A stretch of 64,000 nucleotides of DNA from a virus (taxonomy: Duplodnaviria > Caudoviricetes). How positions within the stretch are numbered: position 1 is the first letter of the stretch; every line of letters begins with the position of its first letter. Both the position numbers and the translations under genes were made by a program. This document shows positions 38,028 through 46,408 of the stretch, in pieces. The stretch is taken from IMG/VR virus record IMGVR_UViG_3300042868_009047; one strand, 5' to 3'. The notes beneath the pieces are model-generated. The model searched no databases. It had not been told where the DNA came from and worked only from the letters and a program-made list of their open reading frames with translations.

Positions 38028-38058
38028 TTTGTTTTTTTAAGTTTTATACTTATATTTG
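38028..38058 (+). promoter_or_regulatory. Bacteroidota-type promoter for DNA polymerase
   Basis: TTTG (38028-31), N19, TATATTTG (38051-58), ending 17 nt before the ATG; exact consensus. Confidence 0.8.
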
Positions 38059-38075
38059 TGCCAAAATAACGAATT

Positions 38076-41000
38076 ATGGCCGAATACAAAATTTCCCTTG
38101 AAGAAATAGAAAAATTTTTAAATGGACACAATGATGAGAAATACATTGTGAATGTTGAGTACGATGCCGAAACTAATCTAATCCATAAGGTTAAACAAGA
38201 TCCTGAAAGAGGTAACTATGTCGAAACAGAACCGTTACTCGCTTTCATGTGGATTAAAAATCTTAATAAGATTAAGGAATTAACCAATTTTTATGGTAAT
38301 AGCGATTCAAAGATTAAATCTGCTAGACAAAGATTTGGTATTGAAATTAAATCTTTAGGTGGTGATCACCCAAAACTACTTGAGGGTTATAGATACTTGG
38401 TCACTTGTAATCAAGGTAATAAAAGAATGTTAGATTTCTTCAGAGAAGGTGGCATCTATGTCTATGACACAAGAAACGATATTAGATCACACTTTTTAAT
38501 GATATCACCTGTTGAACAATACTTTATACACACTGGTAAACGTTTGTTTAAAGGGTATGAAGAATATGATGATATTCATAAATTTATATTTGACTTAGAG
38601 ACAACAGGTTTAGATCCACATATCAATAGGATATTTTTGATTGGTGTCTATACTAATAAAGGTGTTAAAGAAATTATACCAGTTGAGGATGATGATGAAT
38701 CTGAAAGACAAGCAATTACAAAATTCTTCGAGGTTATTAATGACATTAAACCAACAATTATTGCTGGTTATAATAGCGCTAACTTTGACTGGGATTTCTT
38801 TTTTGTTCGTTGTCAAAAACTTGGATTAAATATTCAAGATATAGCTATAACACTTAAACCAGGTGAGCTTATCCAAAGAAAAGAAAAAAGCGTACTTAAA
38901 CTTGGTAATGAGGTGGAAGAATATACACAAACTAATATGTTTGGTTATAGTGTTATTGACATTATCCACTCAGCTAGGCGTGCACAAGCAATTGATTCAA
39001 GTATGAAGTCAGTTGGTTTAAAGTATGTTTGTAAGTATAACAAGATTGCCAAAAAGAATCGTGTTTACATTGTTGGTGATAAAATTGGTAATACATGGTA
39101 CTCAAAGGATAAATTCTATTTTGACGATAGAACTGGTTCGTACACTAAAACAAAACCAGCTTTAGAGTTTATGGATTACATTCGTAGAGAAGACATCCAA
39201 GCTAATCCAGATAAAATATTTGTTTTTGGTGATAACATGACGAGGCAAGGACTTGGTGGTCAAGCAAAAGAAATGCGTGGTGAACCAAATGTTATCGGTG
39301 TTGTAACAAAACATTCACCAGAATCAACACCTGAATCTTATTTTAATGACAAAGATTTTGATTCCATTAAAAAATATATTGATACTGATATTAATCAGAT
39401 AATTGAAAAGATTAAAGAAGGTAAAACTATTGTGTTCCCTAAAATGGGTATTGGTACAGGTTTGGCTCAGTTAGATATGAGAGCACCAAAAACTTTTAAA
39501 TATCTAATAGATTTATTACGTGCATTACGTGATTATATTAACACCTTCCAAGAAGTTGACGGTAAATATATTGTTGAGCGTTACTTGGTTGATGATTTAT
39601 GGGAAACCATGGAAGTTGATGCCGTTTATAATCAATCATCATTCTTGTTGGCTAAATTGGTACCGACAACGTACCAAAGGGTATCGACCATGGGTACAGC
39701 TGGGTTATGGAAGTTATTGATGATGACATATTCATTTGAAAATGATTTAGCGATACCTGTATCAGATGTTAAAAGAGATTACACGGGTGGTTTATCAAGG
39801 TTATTTAAAGTTGGATACTCAACCACTTTAAGAAAGATGGACTACAATTCACTATACCCAGCTATTCAATTGGCTCATGATGTATTTCCGAGTGTTGATG
39901 TTAACGGTGCAATGAAATCGATGTTAAAGTATTTCCACACTGAACGTTTTAACGCTAAGAAATTATCTGACAAGTACAAAAAAGAGGGTAATTACCAATT
40001 AGCTGACAAATATAAACGTAAACAGTTACCACTTAAGATCTTTATTAACTCGATGTTCGGTGCCCTTGGAGCACCAATGGCTTTCCAATGGGCTGAAATT
40101 GATGTCAGTGAACGTATTACATGTACGGCAAGACAATACCTTAGACTGATGGTTACATTTTTTGTTAAACGTGGTTACACACCTTTGGTACTTGATACGG
40201 ATGGTGTGAACTTTATGGCCCCTAAAAACGGTGAGCACTATACATATATTGGTAAAGGATTAAACGATGAAGTTGAAGCTGGTAAAGAATATACAGGTGT
40301 TAAAGCTATAGTCGCTGAATTTAACGATACGTACATGCGTGGTGAGATGGGCCTTGGTTTGGATGGTATTTGGCCAGCAACCATAAACCTATCAAGAAAA
40401 AACTACGCTTTATTAGAAGATGATGGATCAATTAGTTTAACTGGTAATAGTATCAAGTCAAAAGCTATGCCTGTTTATATTGAGGAGTTTTTAGCTAAAG
40501 GCATGAAAATGTTATTAAACGGCCATGGTTATGATTTTGTTCAATATTACTATGAATACGCTGAAAAGGTTTATAATAAAGAGATACCGTTAGCAAAAAT
40601 TGCCACAAAATCTAGAGTTAAGAAATCAATAAACGCTTACATAAATCGTGGTGGTGATAAAAATGGCAGACAATTGGCTAAACAAGCTCACATGGAGTTA
40701 GCGATTAAACATGATATTGATGTTAATCTTGGTGATACAATTTATTACGTTAATAACGGTAAAACAAAATCGCATGGTGATGCTCAAGAAGATAAACACG
40801 GTGAAATGTACGCAACATTAGTACCAAATGATATTATTGAGAACCAACCAGATTATATTGGTGAATATAACGTACCAAAATATTTGGAAGCCTTAAATAA
40901 AAAGGTTGAACCGCTATTAGTTGCTTTCTCTCTTGATGTTAGAGATAAAATTTTAATTAAAAAATCTGGTGAAAGAACAATGTTCTTAAGATCTGAATTA

Positions 41001-41177
41001 GATTTAGTAAATAACCAGCCAACCGATATTGAAGACCAAGACACCTTGGAAGAATTTTTCACACCATCCCCAATGGAAAAAGAATTCTGGGCTAAAATGA
41101 AATATGAATCTGATTATTGGTTTTCAGATGAAATAAGATTTAAAATACCTGGTCTAGATGAAGAATTTACGGTTTAG
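38076..41177 (+). CDS. polB: Family B DNA polymerase with an in-frame ~125-aa domain insertion in the exonuclease domain
   Basis: ExoI FDLETTGLDP, ExoII GYNSANFDW and ExoIII YLVDD; PolA MDYNSLYP, PolB KQLPLKIFINSMFG and PolC LDTDG. Confidence 0.97.
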   Translation: MAEYKISLEEIEKFLNGHNDEKYIVNVEYDAETNLIHKVKQDPERGNYVETEPLLAFMWIKNLNKIKELTNFYGNSDSKIKSARQRFGIEIKSLGGDHPKLLEGYRYLVTCNQGNKRMLDFFREGGIYVYDTRNDIRSHFLMISPVEQYFIHTGKRLFKGYEEYDDIHKFIFDLETTGLDPHINRIFLIGVYTNKGVKEIIPVEDDDESERQAITKFFEVINDIKPTIIAGYNSANFDWDFFFVRCQKLGLNIQDIAITLKPGELIQRKEKSVLKLGNEVEEYTQTNMFGYSVIDIIHSARRAQAIDSSMKSVGLKYVCKYNKIAKKNRVYIVGDKIGNTWYSKDKFYFDDRTGSYTKTKPALEFMDYIRREDIQANPDKIFVFGDNMTRQGLGGQAKEMRGEPNVIGVVTKHSPESTPESYFNDKDFDSIKKYIDTDINQIIEKIKEGKTIVFPKMGIGTGLAQLDMRAPKTFKYLIDLLRALRDYINTFQEVDGKYIVERYLVDDLWETMEVDAVYNQSSFLLAKLVPTTYQRVSTMGTAGLWKLLMMTYSFENDLAIPVSDVKRDYTGGLSRLFKVGYSTTLRKMDYNSLYPAIQLAHDVFPSVDVNGAMKSMLKYFHTERFNAKKLSDKYKKEGNYQLADKYKRKQLPLKIFINSMFGALGAPMAFQWAEIDVSERITCTARQYLRLMVTFFVKRGYTPLVLDTDGVNFMAPKNGEHYTYIGKGLNDEVEAGKEYTGVKAIVAEFNDTYMRGEMGLGLDGIWPATINLSRKNYALLEDDGSISLTGNSIKSKAMPVYIEEFLAKGMKMLLNGHGYDFVQYYYEYAEKVYNKEIPLAKIATKSRVKKSINAYINRGGDKNGRQLAKQAHMELAIKHDIDVNLGDTIYYVNNGKTKSHGDAQEDKHGEMYATLVPNDIIENQPDYIGEYNVPKYLEALNKKVEPLLVAFSLDVRDKILIKKSGERTMFLRSELDLVNNQPTDIEDQDTLEEFFTPSPMEKEFWAKMKYESDYWFSDEIRFKIPGLDEEFTV

Positions 41178-41197
41178 TTGAAATATTACTCAAATCA

Positions 41198-41221
41198 CCG
41201 ATATTTATAGTAAAATATCGG
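41198..41221 (+). promoter_or_regulatory. 9-bp hairpin overlapping a late motif and abutting the next start codon
   Basis: CCGATATTT-ATAGTA-AAATATCGG; TATTTATA at 41202-41209; ATG at 41222. Confidence 0.7.
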
Positions 41222-41794
41222 ATGAACACTAATAAAGATATAAACGAATTTATTGATGCAGATGGTGATATAATTAGTGGTGATAAAAAATACATTAATT
41301 ACGTTAACACCACTCATGATACAACTGATGCTACTATTTTAAAAACTAGACAACCGTTTGTTTTTCAAAACTATAGAAGATATTACGGTGAATCTGTATT
41401 ACCTTTTAATAACGAAGCAGATTATTGTAAAAGCAACCCTAAGAAATTCTATGAATTTTTGGGTAAAAAAGGTATGGAACATACTTTTGAGGATTATTTT
41501 ACTGAAGTAAAACAAAGAAAAGATGTTAAACCTGTCATTGACCCCAAAGATAAATTAAAAGAAATTGCCAAAGAAAAAGCGTTTAAAATGCTTGAGGATC
41601 TTATTTCAAAAAGAACGGACAATGATTACCTTATTTCAAAGAATATGCCAACGAGTATAGAGGAAGTTAAAGATAAAGAAAAATTGCTTTTTGATAAATT
41701 TGACAAAATTCTTGAATTTTTTAAGAACAACTTAAATGAAGGTGAGAAAAAATTATTAATGTCTTATTTTGAAGACTCATTAAAAAATGGATAA
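41222..41794 (+). CDS. Hypothetical protein (190 aa)
   Basis: Intact ORF with a late motif upstream; first of a tightly packed cluster. Confidence 0.7.
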   Translation: MNTNKDINEFIDADGDIISGDKKYINYVNTTHDTTDATILKTRQPFVFQNYRRYYGESVLPFNNEADYCKSNPKKFYEFLGKKGMEHTFEDYFTEVKQRKDVKPVIDPKDKLKEIAKEKAFKMLEDLISKRTDNDYLISKNMPTSIEEVKDKEKLLFDKFDKILEFFKNNLNEGEKKLLMSYFEDSLKNG

Positions 41795-42281
41795 AAATTC
41801 AAAATTATATGAGGTAAATTCAAAACTTATCGGTATGACTTATGACATACCAGATGAGGTTTTGATTCATATTAAAAATACATTAAAAAAATTTAAAGAC
41901 CACAAAACAGTTAAAGGTTATAAAAGAGCTAATTTTTTGGTGAATAACCCAAATCAACCGTATGTTAATTTAGCTATGATTAAATCATATTTTGATAACG
42001 TAAATAAAGATGAGGTTAATCCAGTTGAATACGCTTTAAACGGTGGTGATGTATTAAATGTTTGGGTTCAGGATCTCATAAAAAGAGAAAAAGAAAGAGT
42101 TCAGGGTAATAAAGTTGCTAGGACAAATGCTGGTATGAACGGTCAGTTTAGAAAAGATTCTGAAGGGGATGATTTTAATACCGATTTACCAAATAACGTA
42201 ATGGATACGCCAGACATAATGTTTAATAGCGCATTACTTGAAGATATAACTAGAATAAAAAAATTAATAAATAAAATATAA
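41787..42281 (+). CDS. Hypothetical protein (164 aa)
   Basis: Overlaps the upstream stop; C-terminal LLEDITRIKKLINKI motif. Confidence 0.7.
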   Translation: MDKNSKLYEVNSKLIGMTYDIPDEVLIHIKNTLKKFKDHKTVKGYKRANFLVNNPNQPYVNLAMIKSYFDNVNKDEVNPVEYALNGGDVLNVWVQDLIKREKERVQGNKVARTNAGMNGQFRKDSEGDDFNTDLPNNVMDTPDIMFNSALLEDITRIKKLINKI

Positions 42282-42283
42282 TC

Positions 42284-42547
42284 ATGGCAGATAACATTTT
42301 AAAAGTACCAGCATCCACACAATTAAGACAGGTTGCTGATCAAGAACTAAACGGTAAATTAATACCAGTTAATGAGTATAAACCAAACTCTTTTGAGTAT
42401 AGCTCAACAAACCCTAACGCACTTAGTGGTGACGCTAAGGGTAAAGGTGATATCGGTAACACCACTGATGTTGAAGAAAGATCAAAATTGGTTGCTGTTA
42501 ACAATTATAAAGACAGTAATACATATCCAGATTCATCTGTAGTTTAA
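42284..42547 (+). CDS. Hypothetical protein (87 aa), possibly structural
   Basis: Tightly packed ORF, rich in N/S/D/T. Confidence 0.65.
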   Translation: MADNILKVPASTQLRQVADQELNGKLIPVNEYKPNSFEYSSTNPNALSGDAKGKGDIGNTTDVEERSKLVAVNNYKDSNTYPDSSVV

Positions 42548-42559
42548 TTTTTTTTATTT

Positions 42560-43195
42560 ATGCTTATTATTGAAAACACAAGTGGTAACAAACTCGACAT
42601 ATTAAAATACGCAATTGAAAATAAATATTCAATTGTATTTTGGTATAGAGGTGTTAAACTAGGTGACCCAAATGAAAAAGGTTATACACGCCAAAATTAT
42701 AGACGTGTTGAACCCGTGGCTTTGGGTAAAAGTGATAAAACAGGTAAAGACATGTTAAGAGCTTTTCAATATAATGGTGCGACAAATACTAAAAACCAAG
42801 TTTATAAAACATTTATTGTAGATGAAATAAAAGATGGTAGTATACAAATGGTTTACGATTCAACAGGTAAGCAATTAAGAACCTTTGATACTAATAACCA
42901 AAGATATACAGATAAAAACGGAAATAGCGCTGAATTTAGGTCAAATGGTAATGATTTAAAAATGGCTTCTGGTAGATCAGAAAAATATGTAGATACTAGC
43001 AAACCAGCTGGACCAACAGACCCTAAATACGCTAACATGAATTATAAAGAACCAGAAATAAAAAATAAACCAGAACAAAAACCAGTGGAACCCCAACCTC
43101 AAGGACAAAATGTCCCTGAGAACCCAAATGACAAAGAGGTTGTAACTGAACATAGTTCTGGATTCTTAAAATGGATATATAACATATATGGATAA
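42560..43195 (+). CDS. WYL-like domain protein
   Basis: AIENKYSIVFWYRG...YRRVEPVALG...MLRAFQ...YKTFIVDEI resembles the WYL SH3-like pattern. Confidence 0.55.
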   Translation: MLIIENTSGNKLDILKYAIENKYSIVFWYRGVKLGDPNEKGYTRQNYRRVEPVALGKSDKTGKDMLRAFQYNGATNTKNQVYKTFIVDEIKDGSIQMVYDSTGKQLRTFDTNNQRYTDKNGNSAEFRSNGNDLKMASGRSEKYVDTSKPAGPTDPKYANMNYKEPEIKNKPEQKPVEPQPQGQNVPENPNDKEVVTEHSSGFLKWIYNIYG

Positions 43196-43796
43196 TCAAG
43201 ATAAAGCAGCGTTATTAGCACAAGGAATTGCTAAAGCAAGAATAGTAATGGAAAAAGTTGAAGCCAATACTGGCGGTAAAATGGCACAAGATAGAGGTAT
43301 GTCGGGCATGAATAGAGAAGTTTATTCAGACAACTACCAAGAACGTGAACCAGAATATTTAACCGAAGAGCAAGTTGCAGCTAGAACAAGAAATGCTGGT
43401 GGTGGTGTACCTAAAAACACTATGAAAAACCTGTCATCATCAAAAATGCCTAAAGAAATACTACAGTCGTTCATCGATAATCCGATTGTTGACCCAACGG
43501 TACCAGTTGGTATGGATAATTTAATGGAGCAAATCGCTAAAGCACAACCTAAAATTAGACAAATTGATGAAGTTGTACAACCAAGATCAGTTGCACCAGC
43601 TCAATCAGCCCCAGCTTTAACAATGGATAGGGAGTTAATTGAATACATTATCAAAAAAACCGTTGAGACTGTTCTTGAAGAACAAGCTAAAAAAACTAGT
43701 ATTGATGAGAATTTTCAAATTAAAATAGGTGACAAAATATTTGGTGGTAAATTAAATGTTTTAAAAGAAAATAATAATAAATCAGTTAAAAAGTAA
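43188..43796 (+). CDS. Hypothetical protein (202 aa)
   Basis: SSKMPKEILQSFIDNPI and ENFQIKIGDKIFGGKL; overlaps the upstream ORF. Confidence 0.7.
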   Translation: MDNQDKAALLAQGIAKARIVMEKVEANTGGKMAQDRGMSGMNREVYSDNYQEREPEYLTEEQVAARTRNAGGGVPKNTMKNLSSSKMPKEILQSFIDNPIVDPTVPVGMDNLMEQIAKAQPKIRQIDEVVQPRSVAPAQSAPALTMDRELIEYIIKKTVETVLEEQAKKTSIDENFQIKIGDKIFGGKLNVLKENNNKSVKK

Positions 43797-43800
43797 AATT

Positions 43801-43962
43801 ATGAAAAAAGAACAAGTATTAGGAATCGTAAGACACGTATTGACGTTTGTTGGCGGTATTTTAGTAGCAAAAGGTTTGGCGACAGATGTTTTGTCTAATG
43901 AATTAATTGGCGCTGCCATGACATTAGTTGGTGGTATATGGTCAATCACCTCAAAAAAATAA
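43801..43962 (+). CDS. Small two-helix membrane protein (53 aa), holin-like candidate (missed by the ORF track)
   Basis: MKKEQVLGIVRHVLTFVGGILVAKGLATDVLSNELIGAAMTLVGGIWSITSKK: two hydrophobic helices with basic termini. Confidence 0.7.
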   Translation: MKKEQVLGIVRHVLTFVGGILVAKGLATDVLSNELIGAAMTLVGGIWSITSKK

Positions 43963-43982
43963 CTCTTTAAATAAATAAACAA

Positions 43983-44171
43983 ATGAGTAATAATATAATA
44001 AAATTTTGTAAAAACAAATGCTGTCCAGTTATTGAGGTTCAAGAAAACGCAATTGTATTGGGTGATAAAGAAGGACCAGAAGGAATAACAACATGGACTA
44101 AAACCCAATTTGCTGACTTTGTTGAAGCGGCTAAAGAAGGTAAATTTGACGAAATTGTTAACGAATCTTAA
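43983..44171 (+). CDS. DUF397-like small protein (62 aa)
   Basis: CCPVIEV..NAIVLGD..GPEG...WTKTQFADFVEAAKEGKFD parallels the DUF397 pattern CVEVA..VxVRDSK..GP.L.F...W.AF...K.G.F. Confidence 0.5.
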   Translation: MSNNIIKFCKNKCCPVIEVQENAIVLGDKEGPEGITTWTKTQFADFVEAAKEGKFDEIVNES

Positions 44172-44202
44172 AATTAAGGTTCATACTAAGAAAAAATAAA
44201 TT

Positions 44203-44232
44203 ATGGGGAATTTAATATTCCCCATTTTTTTT
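44203..44232 (+). terminator. Intrinsic terminator
   Basis: ATGGGGAAT-TTAAT-ATTCCCCAT followed by a T-run. Confidence 0.85.
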
Positions 44233-44293
44233 GTACTTTTGTTTGATTTTTAAACCTTTTTTCCTATTATTATGGAAACATAATATAAAACCT

Positions 44294-45514
44294 ATGAGTA
44301 AAATTAATATATTAGTACAACCAAACGATAGAGCTGGTTCAGGTAAATATCGATGTGTAGACCCACATGTAACACTACAGAATAATAACGCGGATGATTT
44401 TTTTGTTGAGATTAATGAAAACGTTAATTTTAATGATGATGGTTACCTAAAAAAATTCCAGTTGTTCTTTTTCCATAGAGCCCCAGGTGGTAATTATTTA
44501 CAAGGTGCTGAAATCATCAAAAAAATTAAATCATTTGGTGGTAAAGTTATTATTGACTTAGATGATCACTGGGATTTAGATCCATCACATGGTTTATATC
44601 AAACAGCAAAAAAAAATAATATACCAGGCCACACGATTAATATCGTAAAAGAAGCTGATTTAGTAACCGTGTCAACGCATTTTTTACAAAAAGAGGTTTT
44701 AAAATATAACAAAAAATGTGTTGTTTTGGCTAACGCAATAAACCCAAATGAAACACAATTTAAACCAAAACCAAGTGAGTCAGATAGGTTAAGATTTGGC
44801 TGGTTAGGTGGCTCATCACACGCTAAAGATATCGAGTTATTAAAAGGTGTACCTCAAAGGTCAAATGAGTACGGGGATAAGATGCAAATTGTATTATGTG
44901 GTTATGACACAAGAGGTACTGTTAGGGCTCAAAACCCTGAAACAGGTGAAATGATGGAAAGACAAATGCAACCTGTTGAAACAACTTGGTTTATGTATGA
45001 AATATACCTAACCGATCATTTTAAAACGATTAAAGATCAGGAATATATTAAACATTTGTTGAAATTTGAGCAAGACCTAAATTACGATGATACAAATATG
45101 CCATATAGAAGAATATGGACTAAGCCAATTGATACATACGCAAAGGGTTATAATGAATTTGATGTGGCTTTAGCACCGTTAAATGATAGTTCTTTTAATA
45201 AATATAAATCCCAGTTAAAGGTAATTGAGGCTGGGTTCCATAAAAAAGCTATAATAGCTCAAAATTATGGGCCTTACACCATTGATTTGGTTTCTGCAAT
45301 TGAAAAGGGTGGCGGTTTTAATTCAAAAGGTAACTCTTTATTAGTTGAATCAAGTAAAAACCACAAACAATGGAGTCAACACATTAAAAGGTTAATTGAT
45401 AACCCAAATCTTGTTGAAGATCTTGGTGAAAAACTATATGAGACCGTTAAAGACAGGTATGATATAAATCACGTAACAAAATTAAGAGCTGAAATTTATA
45501 AAACATTAATATAA
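44294..45514 (+). CDS. GT-B (GT4-like) glycosyltransferase, likely start 44294 (MSKINIL)
   Basis: GSGKYRCVDPH, IIDLDDHW, RFGWLGGSSHAKDIELL and FDVALAPL...FNKYKSQLKVIEAG. Confidence 0.85.
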   Translation: MSKINILVQPNDRAGSGKYRCVDPHVTLQNNNADDFFVEINENVNFNDDGYLKKFQLFFFHRAPGGNYLQGAEIIKKIKSFGGKVIIDLDDHWDLDPSHGLYQTAKKNNIPGHTINIVKEADLVTVSTHFLQKEVLKYNKKCVVLANAINPNETQFKPKPSESDRLRFGWLGGSSHAKDIELLKGVPQRSNEYGDKMQIVLCGYDTRGTVRAQNPETGEMMERQMQPVETTWFMYEIYLTDHFKTIKDQEYIKHLLKFEQDLNYDDTNMPYRRIWTKPIDTYAKGYNEFDVALAPLNDSSFNKYKSQLKVIEAGFHKKAIIAQNYGPYTIDLVSAIEKGGGFNSKGNSLLVESSKNHKQWSQHIKRLIDNPNLVEDLGEKLYETVKDRYDINHVTKLRAEIYKTLI

Positions 45515-45515
45515 T

Positions 45516-46103
45516 ATGAGTAACAACAGATTAGAAGATTTAAACATGGATGATCTTTTTGATGATGAAACAAAAAATGAGTTGGATAGTATTCTAAAAG
45601 AAACCCAGCACATGATGGGTGATTGGGATTATGATCCAGCTACAATGACAATTAAATTGAAGGTTTCTTTCATTAACAAATCGAATAACCCAGACCCTAC
45701 TTATGAAAAAGAAGGAGATAGTGGTTTTGACATCAGAGCTTTTATTGGTAACCCTGTTGATATTGAGCCAGGTTGTAGAGCTTTAATAAAAACAGGTTTG
45801 TATTTTGAAATACCTTTGGGGTATGAATTACAAATTAGATCTAGAAGTGGTTTAGCTTTAAATAACGGTGTTATGGTTTTAAATAGCCCTGGTACTGTTG
45901 ATTCTGGATACAGAGGTGAGATTGGTATTATTTTACACAATACGGATAAATTAAACCCGTTCTATGTACACAATGGTGATAGAATAGCACAAGGTGTTAT
46001 TGCCGCTGTACAAACAATGGGTAAAACTAAATTTATAAAAACAAACGAACTATCAAGTAGCGATAGAGGTGCTGGTGGTTTCGGTTCAACTGGGGTTAGT
46101 TAA
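45516..46103 (+). CDS. dut: Trimeric dUTPase
   Basis: All five motifs present: GFDIRA, RSRSGLA, PGTVDSGYRGEI, GDRIAQ and RGAGGFGSTG. Confidence 0.97.
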   Translation: MSNNRLEDLNMDDLFDDETKNELDSILKETQHMMGDWDYDPATMTIKLKVSFINKSNNPDPTYEKEGDSGFDIRAFIGNPVDIEPGCRALIKTGLYFEIPLGYELQIRSRSGLALNNGVMVLNSPGTVDSGYRGEIGIILHNTDKLNPFYVHNGDRIAQGVIAAVQTMGKTKFIKTNELSSSDRGAGGFGSTGVS

Positions 46104-46408
46104 TGATAGTATTTAAAGACCAAATAAAAGCTTATAAAGCAATCACAAGTGATATCTTAAACCAAATAGAATATAAAACTGTTTGGTCAGGTAAAAGAAT
46201 TGATATTGGTGATAAAGTTTTATATGCGTTTGTATACCCTTTAAATTCAGAGGATTATAAATTAGCAACGTTTCTTGAACGTGAATTAGGTGAAGTTAAT
46301 CAAATGTTTACCTATCTTCAAACAATAAAAGGTATTATACCAGTATTAAAATATAAAAATGATAATCTGGTAAGAGATTTAATCATAGAAGAAGAGAATG
46401 AGTCATAA
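46103..46408 (+). CDS. Hypothetical protein (101 aa)
   Basis: Translationally coupled on both sides. Confidence 0.65.
   Translation: MIVFKDQIKAYKAITSDILNQIEYKTVWSGKRIDIGDKVLYAFVYPLNSEDYKLATFLERELGEVNQMFTYLQTIKGIIPVLKYKNDNLVRDLIIEEENES

Noticed and set aside
39162-39540. Polymerase insertion as an intein or homing endonuclease
   Set aside because: No Cys/Ser start, no His-Asn/Cys-Ser-Thr junction, and no LAGLIDADG or HNH motifs.
31735-44293. N-terminal extensions given by the ORF track for 31213..31848, 33610..34866, 34712..35920 and 44231..45514
   Set aside because: The extensions overlap divergent genes, promoters or a terminator and are low-complexity hydrophobic; downstream ATGs fit better.
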